Shown in pieces: positions 1-9,276 of a stretch of DNA of 64,000 nt (its first letter is position 1; each line of letters begins with the position of its first letter). The position numbers and the translations under genes are program-made. The notes under the pieces were generated by a model. The model made no database searches. It saw only the letters and a program-made list of their open reading frames with translations, and was not told the origin of the DNA. Source of the DNA: Stappia sp. Lineage in GTDB: Bacteria; Pseudomonadota; Alphaproteobacteria; Rhizobiales; Stappiaceae. The DNA lies in NCBI RefSeq assembly GCF_048261845.1, contig NZ_JBLXFR010000008.1, positions 17,150 to 81,149 on the forward strand. Reading direction: 5' to 3'.

Positions 1-605
1 GTGGGCGCATAGTGGATGCGCACCGACGTGCCGTCGCACACAAACCGTAGTCCGTCGCCGCTCGCAGCTTCAAACATTGCCAAGGGCACCGGTTCGGCCG
101 CGAAAAACCAGCGGTCGCGGGGCTCCTCATACAGGTTCTGCACAGCCTTGCCGGCAAGCCGGTAGCGTCGGTAGCATGTCTCGGCCCCCGAACGCCCGCA
201 GGACCCGCCGTGAAGGACGGCAAGGAATGCGGCCTGCGAGGGACGGTCGAAGCGCAGGTCGTAAGCGAGGAACTCTGCCACCTTGTCATAGGAGCCGCCA
301 TCGCGCTGGACGTAGAGGTTTTGCGTGCAGCCGGCGGAACCGCAAAACATCATCTGCGTGCCATCGCATTTCAGCAGGCCGTAATCCGTCAGCACGTCCG
401 GAAGAGCATCGCCGTTGACGTCGACCTCCTTGGCGAAACCGCCGAGAAACTCCAATTTCTGGCAACTCTCGGCAAGCGCGGCACGCTCCATGCCAAGCAC
501 GGCGGCCATATCAGCACGCGCGCCAGCCCCCATGATCAGGACAAGCGATGCCGCGGCAAACAGTTTCAGGCTTGTGGTCGAGATTGAATGACGGACGCTG
601 GCCAC
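1..605 (-). CDS. Secreted hypothetical protein, partial (runs off the left edge; absent from the ORF track)
   Basis: Hand translation from GTG at 605, preceded by GAGG: MASVRHSISTTSLKLFAAASLVLIMGAGARA-DMAAVLG... Signal-peptide-like N-terminus, DVNGDALPD and FCGSAGC motifs, open to position 1. Confidence 0.7.
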   Translation of the reverse strand, partial: MASVRHSISTTSLKLFAAASLVLIMGAGARADMAAVLGMERAALAESCQKLEFLGGFAKEVDVNGDALPDVLTDYGLLKCDGTQMMFCGSAGCTQNLYVQRDGGSYDKVAEFLAYDLRFDRPSQAAFLAVLHGGSCGRSGAETCYRRYRLAGKAVQNLYEEPRDRWFFAAEPVPLAMFEAASGDGLRFVCDGTSVRIHYAP

Positions 606-725
606 GAAAACCTCTTTTTCCAGAATGGATGATGCGATCAATCGCAACAGCGTAGCGGCGAGGCATGACACTGGCAACAAAGCCTCCATATCGCGGCGTG
701 AGCCAGCCAATCAGTCCGTGATTTT

Positions 726-753
726 TTATTCCATAATATATCTTATGCGAATT
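726..753 (-). other. dif: dif-like XerC/XerD recombination site, probably the chromosomal dif
   Basis: Minus strand reads AATTCGCATAA-GATATA-TTATGGAATAA, an 11-6-11 layout with CGCATAA/TTATG inner arms as in E. coli dif (GGTGCGCATAA-TGTATA-TTATGTTAAAT). Intergenic, with KOPS converging on it. Confidence 0.8.
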
Positions 754-880
754 TCACGTACGGCGTGCGGACGGAAGCCACCAAGGTCCGTTTCCGAGTC
801 CGAGTTTGTTTGATGATCCTGATTACATCGCGAAGGGGCGGAAAGGCCGGCAAAAGGTCGAAGCCGCTGAATGGTCGGTC

Positions 881-1270
881 CTATTCGGTTCGAAGTTGGC
901 TGAGCATTGGGCAAAGGACATTGCCCCGCGAGCAGTTTGAGATCAGCTGCTTCAGCGCGGTTTCAAGCTTCTTCAGTTCGGCGATTTTGGTTTCCACATT
1001 GGCGATATGAACTTCCGCCAGCTCCTTCACAGCCTCACAGTCCGAGGCCCGGTTCTCGGAAAGGTCCAGCAGCATCTTCGCTTCGGCAAGGGGGAAACCA
1101 AGATCGCGCAGCCTTTTCAGGAGGCGCAACCGGCCGACATCATCAGCCGTATAAAGCCGCCGATTGTTGGTTGCCCGCCCCGGTTCCGGAACAACCCCTT
1201 CCCGTTCGTAGTAGCGGATTGTCTCGATACCGACACCGCTCCGTTTCGATGCTTCTCCAATCGCGATCAT
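881..1270 (-). CDS. merR: MerR-family metal-responsive transcriptional regulator
   Basis: N-terminal IGEASKRSGVGIETIRYYER HTH; three Cys (DC, NC, LC) spaced like the Hg-binding triad of MerR; divergent from a merT-like gene. Confidence 0.85.
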   Translation of the reverse strand: MIAIGEASKRSGVGIETIRYYEREGVVPEPGRATNNRRLYTADDVGRLRLLKRLRDLGFPLAEAKMLLDLSENRASDCEAVKELAEVHIANVETKIAELKKLETALKQLISNCSRGNVLCPMLSQLRTE

Positions 1271-1285
1271 GTGATGTCATCCGGC

Positions 1286-1316
1286 TTGAGCCTGTAGTGA
1301 CTACAGGAAGTATGTC
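1286..1316 (+). promoter_or_regulatory. MerR-type promoter/operator
   Basis: TTGAGC (1286-1291), 19-bp spacer, TATGTC (1311-1316), with a perfect dyad CCTGTAGT-G-ACTACAGG (1291-1307). Same architecture as the Tn501 mer promoter. Confidence 0.85.
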
Positions 1317-1367
1317 TGCGGGCACCGAAAGTCACTACGCAATGCCGTGATGGGCCGGGAGATCGAG

Positions 1368-1691
1368 ATGCAGAAATTTTTGAGCCTGAGTTATCTGAGT
1401 TCGATTTCGGCGCTAGGGGTCGCGACCTGCTGCGTCCTACCGATGGCGATGATGTTGCTGGGACTGGGAGGAAGTTGGCTGGCGGTGTTCGGGAAGATCG
1501 CCGCTGCAAGCTACTACGTTCTTGCGATTTCTTCAGTCCTTTTGGCTGTGTCCTGGTTCCTCGCGTTTCGACGGCAGTCGCTTGCAAGGTTGAAGTGGTG
1601 GTTGTCGGGGAGCACGGCGATGACGGTTTTGGCCTGGGTTGTTGTCTTCAACGAGACCCGGATAAACGACTATCTGACTATGCGGATGTGA
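1368..1691 (+). CDS. MerT-like mercuric/heavy-metal transporter
   Basis: About 107 aa, three hydrophobic segments, ATCCVLP..LLGLGGSW resembling MerT TM1 (CC pair). GGAG RBS before ATG 1368; the ORF-track start is 1347. Confidence 0.7.
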   Translation: MQKFLSLSYLSSISALGVATCCVLPMAMMLLGLGGSWLAVFGKIAAASYYVLAISSVLLAVSWFLAFRRQSLARLKWWLSGSTAMTVLAWVVVFNETRINDYLTMRM

Positions 1692-1695
1692 GGCG

Positions 1696-1914
1696 ATGGC
1701 TGATCAAGAAGTAGTTTTGGAAAGCACACTGACTTGTCCCGTGTGCGGTCATGTTGAGACGGAAACCATGCCCACTGGTTCCTGCCAGTGGTTCTATGAG
1801 TGCAAGGCATGTCATGAAGTGCTGAAGCCCAAAGCAGGTGACTGCTGCGTTTTCTGTTCCTACGCGACGGTTCCCTGTCCGCCAATTCAACTGGGTAAAA
1901 CCCGTTGTAGCTGA
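1696..1914 (+). CDS. GDCCVxC-domain small Cys-rich protein
   Basis: 72 aa, 10 Cys: CPVC, CKAC, GDCCVFCSY, CPPIQ. Starts 4 nt after the merT-like stop. Confidence 0.85.
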   Translation: MADQEVVLESTLTCPVCGHVETETMPTGSCQWFYECKACHEVLKPKAGDCCVFCSYATVPCPPIQLGKTRCS

Positions 1915-2014
1915 AGTCGTCGCCCCTCCTCCCCGCAAGGCTTCCCGCCCTGCGATATGTGGGGTCTGCGGGCGGTCAGCCTTGCTCCTGCCCTGCCCGT
2001 TTCACCGCCCTGTT

Positions 2015-2065
2015 CGTGACCGTTCTGTCTGGCATAAATCGTGACCATTCTCGCTAGTGACAACA
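2015..2065. mobile_element. Possible orphan IS terminus (IS481/IS1202-like layout)
   Basis: Two imperfect direct repeats CGTGACC(G/A)TTCT 25 nt apart (2015, 2040), ending in ...GACAACA (TGTTGTC on the minus strand). No transposase in the window. Confidence 0.3.
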
Positions 2066-2120
2066 GCGCGTGTGGTCAGACAGGCGGACACATTAGGTGA
2101 GCGAGCCGGATCCGGCACGG

Positions 2121-2666
2121 TCACAGATCCTGTCCCTGACCCTGGATCCGCCGGAACATGTAGGTGGTCGCGTGCCGTGCCTGGCCGTCCGGGTCGAAGG
2201 CAAAGTCCGGAATCATCCCCGCTACTTCGAACCCGACGGAGGCGTAGAGCGGTTCGGCAACATCGCCGGTTCTCGTATCGAGCGTGACCAGGGTCTTGCC
2301 CAGTTCACGCGCGCGTTCGATCGCGCGGTTCATCAAGGCCCTGCCAATTCCGAGCCTTCGGGCTCCCGGATGAACAATCATCTTTGCGATCTCGCAGCGA
2401 TGCGGCTGATTGGGCGGCATGGCCGTGAGGAGCTGGACGGTTCCGACAGTCTCGCCACCGCGCTCGGCGCCGAAAACCACGCGGCGCCCTGCCTGCACTT
2501 CGGGCCGGACGTCCCGCAACCAGAACATGGCCGCGTCGTCATCGGACACGGGAGCCATGAAGCTGATTGCAGCTCCATCCGCCACACTCTCGATGAGGAT
2601 TTGCGACAGCGCCGCCAGCCGTCGTTCGATAGCGGGGCCGTCGAGTTCGATGATCTGCGTTTCCAT
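2121..2666 (-). CDS. GNAT N-acetyltransferase (Ttr-like)
   Basis: EIAKMIVHPGARRLGIGRALM acetyl-CoA motif, LVTLDT, LYASVGF; GAGG RBS before ATG 2666. Confidence 0.85.
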   Translation of the reverse strand: METQIIELDGPAIERRLAALSQILIESVADGAAISFMAPVSDDDAAMFWLRDVRPEVQAGRRVVFGAERGGETVGTVQLLTAMPPNQPHRCEIAKMIVHPGARRLGIGRALMNRAIERARELGKTLVTLDTRTGDVAEPLYASVGFEVAGMIPDFAFDPDGQARHATTYMFRRIQGQGQDL

Positions 2667-2677
2667 GTGTCGGACCC

Positions 2678-3238
2678 TCAAGCCAACGCAATGATGTAGC
2701 GAGCCGGCTGCTCTCCGGTCTCGAAGGACGAGGCGCCGAACAACCGGTAGCGCATGCAGTCCCCCGGACGCAGGTCATGGCGATCGCCGTCAATGGTGAG
2801 GGCAAGCGCGCCGGACAGCAGGACGAGGTGGTGTTCGTGCCCTGCGACAGCGGGTCGATCATAGGAAATGCGCTGGTTGGGAGCGATTTCGCACTCGATC
2901 ATTTCGAGCTTGAGCCGACCGCTGGGCGGCGACAGCGCACGGCGCGTGAAGCCGTTTTCGCGATCATGCCAGATCCCCTGCTCCGCATGCCGGACGAGCG
3001 GCGGAAAGTCCGGCTCAAGCGGCGAAAGCAGTTGGGAAAGCGGCAGACCGAAAGCCGAAGCCAGACGACCAAGCGTCTCCGCCGTCGGGCTGACGTCGCC
3101 GTTCTCGATGCGCGAGAGCGTGGCGCGACTGACCCCGCTGCTTTCCGCAAGATCCTGAAGGGTAAGATCGCGTCCCGTTCGCAGCAAACGGAGATGCTCG
3201 GCCAGGGCCTTGTGTCGCTGTGTATGGTCTTTGTCCAT
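2678..3238 (-). CDS. XRE-family transcriptional regulator with C-terminal cupin
   Basis: LTLQDLAESSGVSRATLSRIENG HTH; HEHHLVLLSGALAL..LRPGDC cupin. ATG 3238 preferred to the ORF-track start 3367. Confidence 0.88.
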   Translation of the reverse strand: MDKDHTQRHKALAEHLRLLRTGRDLTLQDLAESSGVSRATLSRIENGDVSPTAETLGRLASAFGLPLSQLLSPLEPDFPPLVRHAEQGIWHDRENGFTRRALSPPSGRLKLEMIECEIAPNQRISYDRPAVAGHEHHLVLLSGALALTIDGDRHDLRPGDCMRYRLFGASSFETGEQPARYIIALA

Positions 3239-3244
3239 ATGTGA

Positions 3245-3273
3245 GATATATTCCCAAATACGGACGGATACAA
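3245..3273 (-). promoter_or_regulatory. Putative sigma70 promoter giving a leaderless XRE mRNA
   Basis: Minus strand TTGTAT, 17 bp, TATATC, 6 nt, ATG(3238). No SD sequence. Overlaps the pseudo-palindrome TGAGA-TATAT-TCCCA. Confidence 0.5.
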
Positions 3274-3399
3274 CACTTTTTCGCCTCGGTGCCGCGGACC
3301 GGGAAACCGATGTCAGGTGTCCCTGCCCTGTGCGCCCTCTTGGCTCGGTCAAGGCAGCCCGGATCACCCGTGCGACCTTGGCACCTCCGCATGTCGAAC

Positions 3400-3429
3400 A
3401 AAAATGCCGGGAGATCCCTCTCCCGGCAT
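3400..3429 (-). terminator. Intrinsic terminator of the purine ABC operon
   Basis: ATGCCGGGAGA-TCCC-TCTCCCGGCAT 11-bp stem followed by a T-run on the minus strand. Confidence 0.75.
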
Positions 3430-3461
3430 GTCATTCGGCCGTGACGGCCCGGTTTTGTCGA

Positions 3462-3493
3462 CTGGCCGCCTCTTACTCTGGCCGCCTCTTACT
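3462..3493. repeat. 16-bp tandem duplication overlapping the BMP stop codon
   Basis: CTGGCCGCCTCTTACT x2 (3462-3477, 3478-3493). Confidence 0.85.
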
Positions 3494-4556
3494 GCGGCAG
3501 CTTGTCGTCGATGCCCTTGACGTACCAGTTCATGCCGAGCAGGACGCCGTCATCGAGGATGATGCCTTCGCCGACAGCTTCAGAGCCGTCCTGCTTGAAG
3601 ATCGGGCCGGTGAACGGGTGGAATTCGCCGGAGCGGATCTTCTCCTGCGTTTCCGCTGCCGCCTTGGCGACATCTTCCGGCAGGTTGGTGTACGGCGCCA
3701 TCAGAACCATTTCGGCAGCCAGGCCGCCCCAGACGTCCTCGCTCTTCCAGGTGCCGTCGAGAACCGCCTTGACGCGACCCTTGTAGTAGACGCTCCAGTC
3801 GTCGACGATCGCGGTGAGCTGCGCCTTGGGCGCGAAGTTGATCATGTCGGAGGCCTGGCCGAAACCGATCGCGCCACGCTCTTCGGCAACCTGCAGCGGC
3901 GCCGGGCTGTCCGTGTGCTGGGCGATCACGTCGGCGCCCTGGTCGAGCAGAGCCTTGGCCGCATCCGCTTCCTTGCCCGGATCATACCAGGTGTTCACCC
4001 ACACGACCTTGACCTTGAAGTCCGGATTGACGGACTGCGCGCCGAGCATGAAGGAGTTGATGCCGCGCACGACTTCGGGGATCGGGAAGGAGGCGATGTA
4101 GCCGGCGGTGCCGGACTTCGACATCTTCGCGGCGATCTGGCCGATGATGTAGCGCCCCTCGTAGAAGCGGGCCGAATAGGTCGACAGGTTGTCGGCGCGC
4201 TTGTAGCCGGTGGCGTGCTCGAACTTCACGTCCGGGAACTTCTTGGCGACCTTGACGGTCGGGTTCATGAAGCCGAACGAGGTTGTGAAGATGAGCCCGG
4301 CACCGTCGCGGGCCAGACGCTCGATGGCGCGCTCCGCGTCCGGGCCTTCCGACACGTTCTCGATGTAAACCGTCTCCACCTGGTCGCCGAATTCTTCCTC
4401 GATCGCGAGTCGGCCCTGGTTGTGCTGGTACGACCAGCCGTGGTCGCCGATCGGGCCGACATAGATGAAGCCGATTTTCAGCTTGTCCGCGGCCTGGGCG
4501 CCAACGAGGCCCATGCCAAGCAGCGCTGCCGCCGCCAATCCAAGAACTTTCTTCAT
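3489..4556 (-). CDS. BMP-family ABC substrate-binding protein (purine/nucleoside)
   Basis: Signal peptide; KIGFIYVGPIGDHGWSYQH; GADVIAQHTDS; lies in the xdh operon. Confidence 0.92.
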   Translation of the reverse strand: MKKVLGLAAAALLGMGLVGAQAADKLKIGFIYVGPIGDHGWSYQHNQGRLAIEEEFGDQVETVYIENVSEGPDAERAIERLARDGAGLIFTTSFGFMNPTVKVAKKFPDVKFEHATGYKRADNLSTYSARFYEGRYIIGQIAAKMSKSGTAGYIASFPIPEVVRGINSFMLGAQSVNPDFKVKVVWVNTWYDPGKEADAAKALLDQGADVIAQHTDSPAPLQVAEERGAIGFGQASDMINFAPKAQLTAIVDDWSVYYKGRVKAVLDGTWKSEDVWGGLAAEMVLMAPYTNLPEDVAKAAAETQEKIRSGEFHPFTGPIFKQDGSEAVGEGIILDDGVLLGMNWYVKGIDDKLPQ

Positions 4557-4654
4557 TTCAAGCTCCTACGTCCCCTGTTTGAAGCCGACGCCGGTTGTCC
4601 CCCGACGGCTTTTTTGCGGTAGGGAGGCGTTCCCCCTGTCCGGCATTCCACGCA

Positions 4655-5575
4655 TCACCGGTCCGGCACGAAGGGCTTGCCAAGGCAGGCCGGCGTGTTG
4701 ATCCGGGTCAGGATACGGTTTCGCGATATGATGACAAGCACGGCGATCGTCGCAGCATAGGGCAAGGCGGACAGGAATTGCGAGGGAATGGCGACCCCGT
4801 GCGCCTGTGCGTGAAACTGCAGGATGCCGACGGCCCCGAAAAGATAGGCGCCGGCCAGCACGCGCAACGGACGCCATGTGGCGAAGACGACCAGCGCCAG
4901 CGCGATCCAGCCGCGTCCGGCCGTCATCCCCTCGATCCATTGCGGCGTGTAGGCAAGCGACAGGTAGCCCCCGGCAAGCCCAGCGCAGGCGCCGCCGAAG
5001 AGCACCGCGAGATAGCGCACCTTGAGCACGGAGACGCCGAGTGCATGGGCCGAACCGTGATTGTCGCCGACAGCGCGGATGACGAGGCCCGCGCGTGTGC
5101 GGAAGAGGACATATGTCACGCCCGCGACCAGCGCCAGCGACACATAGACCAGCAGGTCCTGCCCGAACACGATCCGCCCGATGACCGGAAGATCGCTGAG
5201 GCCCGGGATCGACAGAGCTTGCAGCTTGATCCCCGGCCGGCCGACGAACGCTTCGCCGATCATCCCTGACAGCCCCAATCCGAGCAGGGTCAGCGCCAGT
5301 CCTGTTGCCACCTGGTTGGCAACGAGATGCAGCGTCAGGAAGCCGAAAAGCAGTGCCATGCCCATGCCGGCAAGCAATGCGCACAGCGCTCCGACATAGG
5401 GCGAGCCGGTGGCCTGCGCCCCGGCGAAGCCCATCACCGCGCCGACGATCATCATGCCCTCGACACCGAGGTTGAGGACGCCCGAGCGCTCGACGACCAG
5501 TTCGCCGATGGCCGCAAGCAGCAGCGGCGTTGCCGCCGTGATGACTGTCAGAAGAATGGATTCGTAGGCTCCCAT
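4655..5575 (-). CDS. Nucleoside/purine ABC permease
   Basis: LLLAAIGELVVERSGVLNLGVEG; GRGWIALALV. Confidence 0.92.
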   Translation of the reverse strand: MGAYESILLTVITAATPLLLAAIGELVVERSGVLNLGVEGMMIVGAVMGFAGAQATGSPYVGALCALLAGMGMALLFGFLTLHLVANQVATGLALTLLGLGLSGMIGEAFVGRPGIKLQALSIPGLSDLPVIGRIVFGQDLLVYVSLALVAGVTYVLFRTRAGLVIRAVGDNHGSAHALGVSVLKVRYLAVLFGGACAGLAGGYLSLAYTPQWIEGMTAGRGWIALALVVFATWRPLRVLAGAYLFGAVGILQFHAQAHGVAIPSQFLSALPYAATIAVLVIISRNRILTRINTPACLGKPFVPDR

Positions 5576-5578
5576 GGA

Positions 5579-6647
5579 TCAGTTCCCCCTGCCCGTCGCC
5601 GCCGGCCGCCCCAACCGGACCCGGTACAGGATGAGCGTGTCGCAGGCGAGCACGTAGAAAAGCAGCATGCCCTGAAAGACGCGGGTGGTCTTGTCGGAGA
5701 TGCCCAGACCGACCTGCGCCGCCTCCCCGCCGAGATAGGACAGGGCCAGAAGGAAGCCGGAAAAGAAAATTCCGATCGGGTTGAGCCGGCCGAGAAATGC
5801 GACGATGATCGCGGTGAACCCGTAACCGGGCGAGACGATCGGCGTCAGCTGGTTCACGGAGCCGGAGACCTCGCTGATACCGGCAAGGCCGGCAAGGCCG
5901 CCGGCAAGCAGGAAGGCGAACCAGACCATCCGGTTCTGCGAGAAGCCGGCGAACCGGCCCGCCCTTGGAGCCTGGCCCAGAACCCTGATCTCGAAGCCCT
6001 TCAGCGACTTGAGCAGGACCACGGCGAGGACCAGAACGGCGATAACGGCGAAGATGGCCCCGACATGCATGCGCCCGTCGGCCAGCGCCGGCAGCGTTGC
6101 CGCTTCGGAGAAAACCCTGCTTTCGGGAAAGTTGAACCCGTCCGGGTCACGCCAGGGACCGCGCACCAGCCAGTCGAGCAGAAGCTGCGCGATATAGACC
6201 AGCATCAGGCTGGTCAGGATCTCGTTGGTGCCGAACCGCACTTTGAGAAAGGCCGGGATTGCTGCCCAGGCCATGCCCCCGGCAATGCCCATGACGAGCA
6301 TCAGGGGCAGCGTCAGGACGTTCTCGAAGGCGGGAAACATGATCGGCAGGATGCAGCCGACAATGGCGCCGAACGTGAATTGTCCTTCCGCGCCGATATT
6401 CCAGTTGTTCGACAGATAGCAGACCGCAAGGCCGACACCGATCAGGATCAGCGGAGTGGCCTTGACGACCAGTTCCTGCAAGGACCAGGACGCCGTCAGC
6501 GGTTCGATGAAGAACGTGTAGAGGGCAATGGCCGGGTTCTGCCCCAGCGCGGCGAACAGGATGCCTCCGGTGACAAGCGTCAGTGCAAGCGCGATCACCG
6601 GCGACAACAGTGCCATCAGGCTGGATCGTTCGGCGCGTTTTTCCAAC

Positions 6648-6658
<11 letters not shown>
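5579..6658 (-). CDS. Nucleoside/purine ABC permease
   Basis: WNIGAEGQ, GTNEILTSLML, GYGFTAIIVAFLGRLNP; ATG 6658 overlaps the ATPase stop. Confidence 0.92.
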
Positions 6659-8231
<1,573 letters not shown>

Positions 8232-8250
8232 CGCTCCCCCCGAGCCCTTG

Positions 8251-9276
8251 TCATACGGCCCTCAGTCCCCCGGCAAGCCTGCCATCGTCTTTGTTGTGGA
8301 AAGTCGCGGCCGCCTCCCGGCGGATCATCAGTTCGCCCACCACCGCAACGGCAATGGCGGCCGGCTCCTTCGATGTTATCCCGGCGATGCCGATCGGGCA
8401 GCGAAAGCGCGCAAGCGCGTCCTCGCCATGGCCGGCAGCGCGCAACCTGGAGCGCATCCGGGCCGCCTTGGTGCGGCTGCCGATCATGCCGACCCCGCGA
8501 ACGCCTGCCTGATGCAGGGCCGCATCGGCGATGGCAAGGTCGATCGCGTGATCGTGGGTCATGATCAGCACCTCGGCTCCGCCCGGAGGGAGAAGGCCCC
8601 AGCCTTCGGGCCCGCCGGACAGCGTGGATGGCGGATCGGGGTGATGGATGGATACGACATTCGCCGGCGCACGGCCGGGAAACGCCTCCGCGCGGCTGTC
8701 GATCCAACTGATCCTGAATGGCAGCGGCGCGAGCGCGAGAACAAGGGCGCGGCCGACATGACCCGCCCCGAACAGCAGGAGGGAGGTCGCCGGCGCGTCG
8801 AAGCGCTCGAACAACAGGGATCCCGAAAGATCCAGCGCTGGCCCGCCGGCATCGTCCCCCGACAGGATTTCGCGCGGCCCGACCGTCCCGTCAGCGGCGA
8901 TCCGGGCGCGGGTCGCGAGCCCCCCCGACCGCGCCGCCGCTGCAATCCGCTCCACTTCGTTCTGGCGGGCTGAACTGAAGCTCTCCACCGCGAGCGTCAC
9001 GCGCCCGCCGCAGCATTGACCAAGGTCGGGACCGAGCGAGAACCCGCGCAGCGTGAGCCGGTCATCGGCAGCCCGTGCGCATTGCCGTGCAAGGGCGATG
9101 GCCTCGAATTCCAGCGTTCCCCCGCCGATCGTCCCGTGGAACGAACCGTCGGGCGCGACCACCATGCGCGCGCCCGCCTCGCGCGGACCGGATCCTTCAA
9201 GCGCCAGGACACTGACCATGGCGCATGTGCCGTGGCGCCCCAGCAATTCGGCAACAGCGCTCCACGGTTCCCTCAT
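8251..9276 (-). CDS. xdhC: Xanthine dehydrogenase accessory protein XdhC
   Basis: GSGPREAGARM, GTIGGGTLE, DLGQCCGG, FGAGHVG, MIGSRTK, CPIGI. Confidence 0.93.
   Translation of the reverse strand: MREPWSAVAELLGRHGTCAMVSVLALEGSGPREAGARMVVAPDGSFHGTIGGGTLEFEAIALARQCARAADDRLTLRGFSLGPDLGQCCGGRVTLAVESFSSARQNEVERIAAAARSGGLATRARIAADGTVGPREILSGDDAGGPALDLSGSLLFERFDAPATSLLLFGAGHVGRALVLALAPLPFRISWIDSRAEAFPGRAPANVVSIHHPDPPSTLSGGPEGWGLLPPGGAEVLIMTHDHAIDLAIADAALHQAGVRGVGMIGSRTKAARMRSRLRAAGHGEDALARFRCPIGIAGITSKEPAAIAVAVVGELMIRREAAATFHNKDDGRLAGGLRAV

Noticed and set aside
754-770. Direct insertion of a Xer-site-targeting IS1202 element next to the XerC arm
   Set aside because: No TGT-type terminus or repeat matching 2015-2065 lies immediately beside dif.
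1912-1960. Selenocysteine readthrough of the TGA ending the GDCCVxC protein
   Set aside because: The protein ends at a normal family length and I see no convincing SECIS-like stem after the TGA. A bSECIS search and a check for selABD would settle it.
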